Shown here: positions 18,198-27,297 of the stretch, one piece after another
How the letters are laid out: the number at the start of each line of letters is the position of its first letter
Numbering within the stretch: position 1 is the stretch's first letter
From: a virus
Strand: one strand, 5' to 3'
Length of the DNA stretch: 64,000 nucleotides
Virus record (IMG/VR): IMGVR_UViG_3300021142_000014
Location: 35,714-99,713 of that record
Made by a program: the position numbers and the translations under genes
Notes under the pieces: model-generated
Told to the model about the DNA's origin: nothing
Database searches by the model: none
The model's input: the letters and a program-made list of their open reading frames with translations, nothing else

Positions 18198-19468
18198 TAC
18201 TTTTGTTCCTTAAGTTTACGTGCCATCTTTGCTTTATTAGTTGCTTTGTTAAATACATTCAACCATTGCTTACATACATCTGTCCAAGTGTGTGAAATGA
18301 CCCATTCATAAGCTTTTTCAGCACGCTCAGCAGCTTCTTCTGGGTGATCCATAATATACTTAATAGTTTGAGCAGCTTCTTCAACATCCATCAAAGGACG
18401 CATACGCTCATTATCATTGTCTTTAATAATCCAGTGGCTCGGTGTGTGGCCACTAGATACCTTCCAACCACGATCTTCTCCAAGAATTTCTGGCACTGAC
18501 GTGTTGTTAGGAGCAACGACCGGAAGCTTTACAGACATTGCCTCGGTAATGCTCAAACCCCAACCCTCACCATGAGTAGTGGTTAGATAAACGTCACTTG
18601 CATTGTAAATATGATTAAGGAATTCAATTGGGAAACCACTGTGAGCACCGAACTGTCTTGGGTCTGGCACTGTAAAGTCAACATTGGGATCAAGACCAAT
18701 TGATCTTGCCATTTGCATAATGCTTCCACCAAAATCGCTTTCTTGCATGTGCATATAAAGGAATGCATTGTCAACACCCATATCCTTCAATTGCTTCATG
18801 ATCATTAAGCTACGTGAGATGTCTTTACGACCTTGGTTTCTGTTCACATTAGTGATAACAAACTTATCTTTCATTGCTGTAAAGATGTTTTCTTTAGCAG
18901 TTTTCTTATCTTCAGGTGATAATGGGAAAAAGTTTTTTGTATTTGTTCCATGGTAAATAACATCTTGTTTGTCTGCCAAAGCACCAATGAATTTACGGCT
19001 TTCACCCTTTGCATACTCTGTGTAAGCAACTGGGAAATCAAAGCTTGCAACACATTGTTTTACCCATTCTTCACGTGGACCACAATCGAATGGATAGTAA
19101 TAAACAGATGAGAATGTATTTGGCTTTGTTCGTTGGAGTTCCAAGATTTGAGGAACGATATCAATTACAATAAAAGTATCTTGAACAATAAATACAATAT
19201 CGTAATCAACCTGAGCAAGTCTATCTAGGAATACTTGACGACCAAAAACGTCTCCGTATGGTCCTTGTGTTCGCAAGGCACTGATGGCTGGCCATAGAGT
19301 ACCAGGCCAAAGTTCTCTGTCATAAGGCCCACCATCGTAGTTAACTCCAATAACATCAATCTCATACTTTCCAGTATTATTGATCTCAGTCATAATATTT
19401 TTCATTACAGTACCGAAACCAGTGCTACATGCGTAGTCACCCCACGCTAGTACTTTGATTTTGCTCAT
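18197..19468 (-). CDS. GT4 (GT-B) glycosyltransferase
   Basis: TGFG, IYHG, VNRNQGRKD, YNASDVYL...GEGWGLSITEAM..KLPVVAP. Confidence 0.92.
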   Translation of the reverse strand: MSKIKVLAWGDYACSTGFGTVMKNIMTEINNTGKYEIDVIGVNYDGGPYDRELWPGTLWPAISALRTQGPYGDVFGRQVFLDRLAQVDYDIVFIVQDTFIVIDIVPQILELQRTKPNTFSSVYYYPFDCGPREEWVKQCVASFDFPVAYTEYAKGESRKFIGALADKQDVIYHGTNTKNFFPLSPEDKKTAKENIFTAMKDKFVITNVNRNQGRKDISRSLMIMKQLKDMGVDNAFLYMHMQESDFGGSIMQMARSIGLDPNVDFTVPDPRQFGAHSGFPIEFLNHIYNASDVYLTTTHGEGWGLSITEAMSVKLPVVAPNNTSVPEILGEDRGWKVSSGHTPSHWIIKDNDNERMRPLMDVEEAAQTIKYIMDHPEEAAERAEKAYEWVISHTWTDVCKQWLNVFNKATNKAKMARKLKEQK

Positions 19469-20160
19469 AGGAGTCTCCATTCCTTTGGACTTATATTAGG
19501 ATTATTATAGGGGGTACGATAGGCTTCTTTCAAGTCTTTACGAGCACTTCCCCATTTTTTTACATAATACTCACCGCTCTTTAAAGAGTTAAGAGGCGCT
19601 GTTAATTTTTGAGTAGTTTGGTGACGAATGTGCACATAAGGAATACTTGTTTGCAATGTTTTGTATCCAAGCAAACTGATACGATATTTCATATCAGTAT
19701 CTTCCCACCAAGCTGGATCAAAATTTTCATCAAAAGTACCACATTTATCAAAAAAGTCTGGTCGTATTGCAAAACAAGCAAAACTTTGATCTTCTATGCT
19801 TTTTGTGGCATCACCCAGGACTTCATCATCCCATAAGATTTGTGTCGGATCAGTTAATGTATCAAATACATCTACTGGGAAAGCCATTACATAATTATCT
19901 GGCATTGCCAAAGTTTCACGAACTAATTGTTTTATTGTTTTTTCAGAAAAAAGAACGTCATCATTACTTACAATAATTACATCACATTTATCACTAATAG
20001 CTTGACGAATACCAGAATTCCAGGCAGCAGCTAAAGGAACTTGATATCTATACTGTGGTTGAATATATAGTTTTAACTCATGATCAGTTTTAGCACTATA
20101 AATAAAATCGACAGCTTGATCAAAATTATTAAGAATTGGGATTACTAATCCTATTTTCAT
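19465..20160 (-). CDS. GT2 (GT-A) glycosyltransferase
   Basis: IGLVIP, AAAWNSGI, VSNDDV (DxD), FDENF.PAWWEDTD. Confidence 0.9.
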   Translation of the reverse strand: MKIGLVIPILNNFDQAVDFIYSAKTDHELKLYIQPQYRYQVPLAAAWNSGIRQAISDKCDVIIVSNDDVLFSEKTIKQLVRETLAMPDNYVMAFPVDVFDTLTDPTQILWDDEVLGDATKSIEDQSFACFAIRPDFFDKCGTFDENFDPAWWEDTDMKYRISLLGYKTLQTSIPYVHIRHQTTQKLTAPLNSLKSGEYYVKKWGSARKDLKEAYRTPYNNPNISPKEWRLL

Positions 20161-20168
20161 ACTTGTCC

Positions 20169-20432
20169 TTAAAACCAGTTAATATTAACCAATTCTATAC
20201 CAAGCTCTTCACGCATTGCAACTCGTTCTCTTGGACCTGTTTTAGCCCAATAACCATACTCTTCAAACTTCAAAGCATGGTCTAAACAATCTTTAAAAAC
20301 AGGACAACCATCGCAAATACCAAAAATATATTGTTCATTGGTTCTACCATGTTTTGCATAATAAGCATTGACATCAACACCTTTACAAGCTGCTGCTAAT
20401 TGCCAATCGTAATCAATATATTTACGTTCCAT
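20169..20432 (-). CDS. whiB: WhiB-family Fe-S transcription factor
   Basis: WQLAAAC...IC.GCPV..DCL.HAL...YGYWA.T.PRER; start revised to ATG 20432. Confidence 0.9.
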   Translation of the reverse strand: MERKYIDYDWQLAAACKGVDVNAYYAKHGRTNEQYIFGICDGCPVFKDCLDHALKFEEYGYWAKTGPRERVAMREELGIELVNINWF

Positions 20433-20450
20433 AATATTTATGTGGAGTAA

Positions 20451-20560
20451 ATAGCTAAGGGAAGGGCCTCGGGAGGAGTCAAAGTTGAACACCGACTGCA
20501 ACTCCCGAGGAAGACCAGGCCCTTCATGAGGAGCGGAACGCCCTCATAAACTAAAGCTAT
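20451..20560 (-). ncRNA. Putative multi-stem RNA in the whiB leader
   Basis: GC-rich island in AT-rich DNA: closing ATAGCT/AGCTAT, hairpin ATGAGG.GCG-TTC-CGC.CCTCAT, long arm GAAGGG..CCTCGGGAG..AGTC/GACT..CTCCCGAGG.CCCTTC. Confidence 0.5.
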
Positions 20561-20784
20561 TATTTGCTCTTTTTTACATTATCCTTTCGGAATTGTTCTG
20601 CTTTTTTGAGCAAATTTACAATATATTCTACAAAATCTTCAAGTTCTTTAAGATTTTTGTCAGTCTTACTGCCAACGGCCACAGTCTTACCAATTAAAGT
20701 ACTGTGCATTTGACCACTAAGAATCATGTCCATAAGATCTCTATGGATTTGATCATAATCGTTTTTCTTGTTCTTGCCTGTCAT
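20560..20784 (-). CDS. Hypothetical protein
   Basis: Start revised to ATG 20784 (AAGGA RBS). Confidence 0.65.
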   Translation of the reverse strand: MTGKNKKNDYDQIHRDLMDMILSGQMHSTLIGKTVAVGSKTDKNLKELEDFVEYIVNLLKKAEQFRKDNVKKSK

Positions 20785-20792
20785 TTTTTCCT

Positions 20793-21182
20793 TTACCATC
20801 CTTGTCCGCAACCATTTTGATCGGGGACATAACTACTGCCTTCGATCGTTCGAGCAATTGTCACCTGCTCCTCTGGTGTTGCTAATCCTGCATTCTTGGC
20901 AAATTTTAATCCACCAAACTTAATCCAGTTGATATTGGTTATGCCTAAACCACCACTATAGTAGGGGCCTATGTAATTCCAATTACCACCCATTTCACAA
21001 ATGTTAACTTTTTCCCAAACCAACATAATTGGTCTAGAAAATAATATTACTGGATGTACTACTTTTTTAATTTTTTGAACCACTCGGGGTGTTTCTTTGC
21101 TCGTTGTTACTTTTAGAACTGGGGCATGGTGTCCAAAGATTGTCATGGCTCCCAGGATTGAAATCGTAATTAAACGTCTCAA
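20793..21182 (-). CDS. Secreted resuscitation-promoting-factor (Rpf)-like transglycosylase
   Basis: WEKVNICEMGGNW (catalytic Glu), YSGGL, W..FGG, A.LATPEEQ..IA; signal peptide MRRLITISILGAMTIFG from TTG 21182 after AGGAG. Confidence 0.85.
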   Translation of the reverse strand: MRRLITISILGAMTIFGHHAPVLKVTTSKETPRVVQKIKKVVHPVILFSRPIMLVWEKVNICEMGGNWNYIGPYYSGGLGITNINWIKFGGLKFAKNAGLATPEEQVTIARTIEGSSYVPDQNGCGQGW

Positions 21183-21250
21183 GATTTCTCCTAACACTAT
21201 ATGGATAAGTACATTAATTTTTTATAGAGCCTCCTTGTGTAAGTAAATAA

Positions 21251-21279
21251 ACCTTAATATATCTATTAAAAAAAGTCAA
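21251..21279 (-). promoter_or_regulatory. SigA-type promoter for the rpf-whiB-glycosyltransferase operon
   Basis: TTGACT-N17-TAAGGT. Confidence 0.6.
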
Positions 21280-21280
21280 A

Positions 21281-23137
21281 TCAAAACAAAAAACCATATG
21301 GGGTCAAATCAATTGTATCTTCCATGTCGGCATTTTCATCAACCACTCCACGGATTGCTTCTGCCTCTGCACGTCGTCTTAATACTTTAGCATCAACTCG
21401 TTCTTCAATGGTGTTTACTGCAACTGGACGATATACCCATGTTTTGTCAACACCTTTTGATTTTGAATCAGCTCTATTAATACGATCTTTGCGTTGTTTA
21501 TAATCAGCGTATGTGCGAGGCACTTCAATGTTCCAAAGATATGGAGCATAAAGATTCAACCCTTCTTGGCCAACATCACTAGTTATAAGAATAGCAGGGC
21601 CTTTTACAGAGTTAAACGTAGCGATGTTTTTTGCAACTGTGTCTGTATCCATACCAACACCCCAAATTGGTAACACCGGAATATCTGGAAACTTTTTTCT
21701 TAATGCTTCTAAGTATGGAAATAATGTTCCATTGGTCCAGAACGTAAACAGAACTGATTTTTCATTGTTCTCAACATATGATTCCACGTTGTCTTCAATA
21801 AGCTGATACTTAGCACTATTGAGAATGTTTATACTGTCACCAAATTGTTGTACTATTTCTTTTGCAAACTTGCCTTCACTATTCTTAAGACCAGCAGTTG
21901 TATTACATATCATTCGCAAAACATCAATATAACTCCAGTTAGCTACTGGATTATCCGGGTTGTATCTTTGACGTGCAAGATCTTCCGCCCAATCATATAT
22001 TTCACGATCTACATCAGATAGTTCATATACTAATTTTTTAGGCGTACTTTCTGGGAATTGAGCTGCAATGATAGGGTCGCTCTTCATTGCAATATGAGTC
22101 CAGTTTTCATGTTTTTTACCAAGCAATGGCAGCTTAGTACGATCCCATTCTTTTACGTACATTTCTCGTACATAACCATTAACAAAATACCCAAATTCTT
22201 TACCGTATAATGTTTTAAATGCATCAGGGTTAATATCGCTAACGCCAGGTATACCAGGGGATACTACAGAAAATATGTTCCTAATATTTAATGGACTGGT
22301 CGTATATGGGGTAGCCGTTAAAGCCAATGCTTTTGTATTCTCTGTTGCGTTGATTAATGTATGAAATCCTTCACCAAGAAGGCTTGCACCGCTATTAATC
22401 TTTTGAGCTTCATCAATAATAATAAGAACACGTTGGTCTTTGATCATTTCAAGTATTTGCAAAAGGTCAGTGCGATCATAAGATTTTACTTTTTTACGTT
22501 GGCCTTTTACTCTAGCCATGTTTCCTTCACGTACTTTTTCGTAGTTAAGAACTAACACTTGGCTATTATTCTTTTCATAAAAGGCGTGACGTTTAGCTCG
22601 AACCATCTTTTCATTAACTCTTTCGACGCTAAGATGTGTCATACGTTTAAACTCTTGTTCCCAGTCAAATTGTTTGATCTTCTTACAAAAAACCAACACC
22701 CTGTCTATCTGACCATGATCAAATAGTTTTTGGCTAGTTAAACAGCTGAGCAGCGTTTTACCTGCGCCAGTATCCCATTGAACTAATACTTTTGGATTCT
22801 CTGAATGCATCTGTTTCCAAACGTAATTGAGACCAACATGTTGAAAAGGAAATAAACTGTGTTCTTCCAAGAACGGGCTATTTACTTCATATTTCTCAGT
22901 ACTGCATAATTGTAAATCTGTATAAAGATCTTCAGCTTCATCATCTTCAAATACCAAAGAATAATTGTTATTCTTGATCATTTCAGCGAATTCATCTATC
23001 CTGTCACGGTTTTTTAGAGTACCGTAAGAATCTAACATCAAAAGTTTTTTCTTGACTTCTGTGTCCAAGGAGCTGTATCTTAGTACTCCATTGAGTAATT
23101 CACTTTTTTGTACATATATTGTCTTCTCCGAAGCCAT
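21281..23137 (-). CDS. SF2 SNF2-like helicase
   Basis: LFPFQ, WDTGAGKT, IIDEAQ, LTATP, GQEGLNL, QRKDRINR; ATG 23137 probably leaderless. Confidence 0.92.
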   Translation of the reverse strand: MASEKTIYVQKSELLNGVLRYSSLDTEVKKKLLMLDSYGTLKNRDRIDEFAEMIKNNNYSLVFEDDEAEDLYTDLQLCSTEKYEVNSPFLEEHSLFPFQHVGLNYVWKQMHSENPKVLVQWDTGAGKTLLSCLTSQKLFDHGQIDRVLVFCKKIKQFDWEQEFKRMTHLSVERVNEKMVRAKRHAFYEKNNSQVLVLNYEKVREGNMARVKGQRKKVKSYDRTDLLQILEMIKDQRVLIIIDEAQKINSGASLLGEGFHTLINATENTKALALTATPYTTSPLNIRNIFSVVSPGIPGVSDINPDAFKTLYGKEFGYFVNGYVREMYVKEWDRTKLPLLGKKHENWTHIAMKSDPIIAAQFPESTPKKLVYELSDVDREIYDWAEDLARQRYNPDNPVANWSYIDVLRMICNTTAGLKNSEGKFAKEIVQQFGDSINILNSAKYQLIEDNVESYVENNEKSVLFTFWTNGTLFPYLEALRKKFPDIPVLPIWGVGMDTDTVAKNIATFNSVKGPAILITSDVGQEGLNLYAPYLWNIEVPRTYADYKQRKDRINRADSKSKGVDKTWVYRPVAVNTIEERVDAKVLRRRAEAEAIRGVVDENADMEDTIDLTPYGFLF

Positions 23138-23143
23138 AAACAA

Positions 23144-23172
23144 ATACTACTATATTTTATAAAAAATATCAA
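23144..23172 (-). promoter_or_regulatory. SigA-type promoter giving a probable leaderless helicase mRNA
   Basis: TTGATA-N17-TAGTAT; the ATG lies 7 nt after the -10 with no SD. Confidence 0.55.
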
Positions 23173-26100
23173 TTCAGTTCGTATATATTTGTTATGTTTG
23201 ATATTCTGTTGATACTAAAAGCAGAAGGATAAAGATTTTGATTTAATTGGAAATATGGTTTACTACTAATATCTCTTCTGGAACTGACCTCATTGGTTTT
23301 ACTACTACCAACATAGTCAATATTAAGATTAGCATAATAAGCATTCTGGTCATATTGTGGTATGATACTCACCCCAGATATAAATACATTAGGATCGAGT
23401 GCAGTCATACGCACTTGAATACCACTAGCTGGTATACCAGATGCAACACTTATAAAATATTCTGGATTATTAATACCTGTAGTAATTGGATACCATGTTT
23501 GGTTTGTTTGGGTATTAGCAAACTCATAACGAACTGGGTGATAAAACGGTGCTAGCATACTTACATAGAATGGTTCGTTGTATGCAGGGTTTATTTGTTG
23601 AAGCTGCATACTAAAAGAAACATAGTTTGTAGCTGTATAGCCTTGTAACTGTATGTCAAACCAGGTATTTAGTGGTAATGTTAATGAATTATATACTTTA
23701 TACACCAATTCAGTTGTATTACCTAGAATGTCAGTAGCAAACAAACTTGCTCTATATGTTCCAAGGTTTGTTCTTGGCAAGAGTGCACGTATAACACCAC
23801 TAATTCTCATATTGCTGTGGTCTGATGGTCCAATCCAAGTTGTTGCTGGTGAACTAAAAGCACCCAATTGGTATAGAGAATAAGGAACTGCTGCACTACC
23901 ACTTATTACAAGTTGAATAATGTTGCTTGGAATGTTTTTGTTATAATTAGTTCCAGTAACTGTTGCTATGTTAATGCCAGAAGTAACCGCAAGACTGCTT
24001 CCGCTTACAGTTGTACCTGATATTACAGCATTGGTAGAAGGATTTATAAATTGTGTTTTTAGATTGATGGTTGTAGAACCAGATGCTTGTACATTGCTAA
24101 GGAAATAATAATTAAGTCCACTTGCAGGAGAATAACTACCATAACCAACAACACCAAAAGTAGGTGCACCAAATTGCACTTGCCACGTATTAATACCGCT
24201 TGCATTAACATTAGGAATGGTAAAGTTAAATGTTGCAGTGTATGCACCACCGCTAACGCTCAATCCACTAGCTGTGCCACTAAGACCCGTTGTTGGATTG
24301 TAATAATTAACAGAGGTACCAGTAATAGTTGTTCCGCTAACACCTGACCAATTAAGAATAGATCCTGAATATGGCAAGAAGTTAGCATTGTAGTAGTTGA
24401 GAAGGTTTGTACCACTAGCGTACGGCATTGATTTAATACCGTAAACAGATCCTGGAGTTCCTGATACGGAATAAATAGTACTTGTTCCCAATGTTCCATT
24501 TTTAATCAAAGTAGAGTTAATGCTCATATTTGCTAAGTTTGTAGAAGTAAGATTATTCATCAAAGTTGGGTCTGAACTAATTGTGTTCCCTTGAGTAAGA
24601 AAACTTTGCCAGTCCGTAGTAAGCCCACCAATATTAAAACTTTTAAACGAATCAATTGTTGAAAACCATGGGGTTGTTGCTGTTTGATCTACTTGAAGCA
24701 TTACATAGTTTGTATCTTGTTGTACAAAACCAGTATTAGTTCCATTGCTTGCAAGTAGATTAGATGGAAGACCTCTAAGATCATCATATACTTGCTCGTA
24801 GAATGCAGTTAAGTAACGAATTCCAGTAAAATATGCTTGGTGCCAATTTTGTTGAATGTTAATTTGATTATAATTGTGTATTCTATTATCTGGAAATCTT
24901 CTTTGAAGAAATTCAGTGTATGATTGGTAATTGTAATTACCATTAACATCAATAATTTTGTAACTAATACTTGGATCAATAATAAATGAGCTTGTAGTTG
25001 GTCCTTGCGTTGTTGTACTATTCAATTGAGAGTTGTTCAAAGATGCAAGACTTGGCCAATTATTATCATTAGCAATTGTATTAGTAGAAACACCGAGAAT
25101 TGTTGTTGAGCTTAATTGATTAGAATTCTGTGTTCGTGTTGTTAGATTGGCTCCACTATCATAAGAATATTTTACTGCGTTACCATTGATAATATTTTGT
25201 TCAATATTTGAATAAAATTGTTCTACATCATATGGGAAAACATTAATAGTTCTGTTAACTGAATCCAATGGAAGGTCATATGCTTCTGCAATTAATTTTA
25301 CAAATTCAAATTTTAAGTATGTGCAACTAGTAGTTGGTATTTCATAGATACCTTTACGCAATGTAAAATCACGTTGTATTGGAGTCCAATAAAAACTGCT
25401 TGGGTCTACGGTACCGCTGTTTGTAGAATTAATTGTGTAGTATACATTAAATTTACAATTACTATAAATAGGATCTATATATAAACGGTTAATTGTTGAT
25501 GGCGATGGATCACTTATTTTTATGTAAAAATAAACAATAGAATCTTTAACTGGTTGTGGAGCACACTTCCAATATGTTGAATCATTTACAAACATATTTG
25601 TTATATTGTTTGATGAATAAGTATAATTTTCTACAAAACCAAAACGGTTTTGAGTTATTATCGCGTTAGTACCACTGATTACGCTACTAGGTACGTCTGC
25701 TGTTGATTCAATAATAAGTTTAATACTAAAGTTTTGTAATCCTACTGAGTAAGCGACATCGGTCAACAAATTACCTGGACTGGCTGTTTGTATTTGTTTT
25801 TGGCGTGTAATGCGTATTGAAATACTTTGTGAACCAGTTAAAGGGTATGTAAAAGAACCTGTATTGGTAGATGGAGCATTATATTCAATCCTTAACCAAT
25901 TTGTAGTAGTGTAAATGTCTCCACCACCAGCTATAACAAAAGTAGAAGCACCTGGTAAATTGTTACCATTTTGGTCTAATAATTCTACGTAGCAAGGTAC
26001 ATTGAGAATATCAAAACTTATATTGTTATAATACGTTGTATTGACTAAGTTATATTGCAAAACAACTGGTTTGCTATCTGATCCACCAAAATCTGTACTG

Positions 26101-26333
26101 GAGATCCAGTTAGTTTGTGCTGCTGGATTAAAAGTAATTACATTATTTGAATTATTAGAAATTTGTAGATTAGGATCGCTATAACCAGTGTTTTGAACAT
26201 TGGATAGAGTGTCTACTACACCTGTTTGTGCATATATTTTATTATAAACAATTCCATCAACAGTAAGTGGTGGTATTACTTGTTGATCTACATAATCTTT
26301 TGATGGGTCTGTATTCTTTGGTAAAATAGCCAT
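23169..26333 (-). CDS. Large baseplate/tail structural protein (beta-sandwich domains)
   Basis: Last gene of the baseplate cluster; N/S/T-rich; start revised to ATG 26333 (MAILPKN). Confidence 0.75.
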   Translation of the reverse strand: MAILPKNTDPSKDYVDQQVIPPLTVDGIVYNKIYAQTGVVDTLSNVQNTGYSDPNLQISNNSNNVITFNPAAQTNWISSTDFGGSDSKPVVLQYNLVNTTYYNNISFDILNVPCYVELLDQNGNNLPGASTFVIAGGGDIYTTTNWLRIEYNAPSTNTGSFTYPLTGSQSISIRITRQKQIQTASPGNLLTDVAYSVGLQNFSIKLIIESTADVPSSVISGTNAIITQNRFGFVENYTYSSNNITNMFVNDSTYWKCAPQPVKDSIVYFYIKISDPSPSTINRLYIDPIYSNCKFNVYYTINSTNSGTVDPSSFYWTPIQRDFTLRKGIYEIPTTSCTYLKFEFVKLIAEAYDLPLDSVNRTINVFPYDVEQFYSNIEQNIINGNAVKYSYDSGANLTTRTQNSNQLSSTTILGVSTNTIANDNNWPSLASLNNSQLNSTTTQGPTTSSFIIDPSISYKIIDVNGNYNYQSYTEFLQRRFPDNRIHNYNQINIQQNWHQAYFTGIRYLTAFYEQVYDDLRGLPSNLLASNGTNTGFVQQDTNYVMLQVDQTATTPWFSTIDSFKSFNIGGLTTDWQSFLTQGNTISSDPTLMNNLTSTNLANMSINSTLIKNGTLGTSTIYSVSGTPGSVYGIKSMPYASGTNLLNYYNANFLPYSGSILNWSGVSGTTITGTSVNYYNPTTGLSGTASGLSVSGGAYTATFNFTIPNVNASGINTWQVQFGAPTFGVVGYGSYSPASGLNYYFLSNVQASGSTTINLKTQFINPSTNAVISGTTVSGSSLAVTSGINIATVTGTNYNKNIPSNIIQLVISGSAAVPYSLYQLGAFSSPATTWIGPSDHSNMRISGVIRALLPRTNLGTYRASLFATDILGNTTELVYKVYNSLTLPLNTWFDIQLQGYTATNYVSFSMQLQQINPAYNEPFYVSMLAPFYHPVRYEFANTQTNQTWYPITTGINNPEYFISVASGIPASGIQVRMTALDPNVFISGVSIIPQYDQNAYYANLNIDYVGSSKTNEVSSRRDISSKPYFQLNQNLYPSAFSINRISNITNIYELN

Positions 26334-26334
26334 A

Positions 26335-27297
26335 TTACTGTGCACCGTATAATGTAGATGTAACTTGTAATGAAGGAGAAGCAACACTGTTCGCTGGGAA
26401 TCCAACAGTATCAGTACTGCTTACGTAATTGATATTTCCAGTTAGGTCAATTATGATTTCTTGTGTTTGCAAGTGAGCAAAGTGAGGAGCAACATTGTTT
26501 GTTCCATTTTTTACCCAGTATCGTGTATTAGCACCTGGGTTAATAACACCAGGAGTATCTAGATTATTTGCTGTTACAGTAGTTTGAAGATTAAAATACT
26601 GCGAATATCCACCGCTAGCAGCAGTATAAGATAAAGGTACTTGTGTAAAAGTTTGTATAGGGGCACCGAAACTAATTACAAAATTAGAAAAGATTAACCT
26701 GTTGATTACATTAAGAATAATGTTTTTTGTGCCTTGGTTAAAATTAAAGAAACCAGTATTGTTTGTAGAATCCATCAATGGAATTAATACTATTTCTTGA
26801 GCTTCATTAATACCAGAAGATCCTCTTCCATACCCTGGGGTTCTCCAACTTTCTACTGCATAAAATTTTATTTGTGTTAATGCTTCGCAAAGAGTTAACA
26901 AACCCCAAAGACTTGCTCCAATTTGAAATGCTTCAGCTGCACCAAGTAATCTTTCACGATATGCAGCATCTTTGCGTATAATTTCTTGCCATTGGCTATC
27001 GGTCAATTGATCAATAAAAGGGTTGGTTGCAAAACTATATATTTCAGAAGATGCTCTTTTAACATTGAGGATAAGACCCATTATTGTGTCAAGATTGCTA
27101 AACTCTATAGTGCTTTGGCCTAACCTTGCTACAAGTTGTAGGTTGTTAAGTTGGCCTGTACCACTGTTACCTAACAATATTTTCATTAATGTAGTAAGAT
27201 TGTCACCTTCATTAAAGTTATAAATATCGTCAGGGAAGTTTTTTACTTTCTGTGGGAAAGTAGAGTGTAACTGCTGAGAAAAAACGTTACCAGCCAT
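26335..27297 (-). CDS. Baseplate wedge protein (gpI/gp7-like)
   Basis: Follows baseplate J; LD...G....R and DAAYRERL motifs. Confidence 0.7.
   Translation of the reverse strand: MAGNVFSQQLHSTFPQKVKNFPDDIYNFNEGDNLTTLMKILLGNSGTGQLNNLQLVARLGQSTIEFSNLDTIMGLILNVKRASSEIYSFATNPFIDQLTDSQWQEIIRKDAAYRERLLGAAEAFQIGASLWGLLTLCEALTQIKFYAVESWRTPGYGRGSSGINEAQEIVLIPLMDSTNNTGFFNFNQGTKNIILNVINRLIFSNFVISFGAPIQTFTQVPLSYTAASGGYSQYFNLQTTVTANNLDTPGVINPGANTRYWVKNGTNNVAPHFAHLQTQEIIIDLTGNINYVSSTDTVGFPANSVASPSLQVTSTLYGAQ

Noticed and set aside
20451-20560. HDV-like/theta ribozyme (TTCCTCG resembles L3)
   Set aside because: I could not build the nested P1/P2/P3/P1.1 pseudoknot or find a J4/2 motif by eye; kept only as a generic structured RNA.
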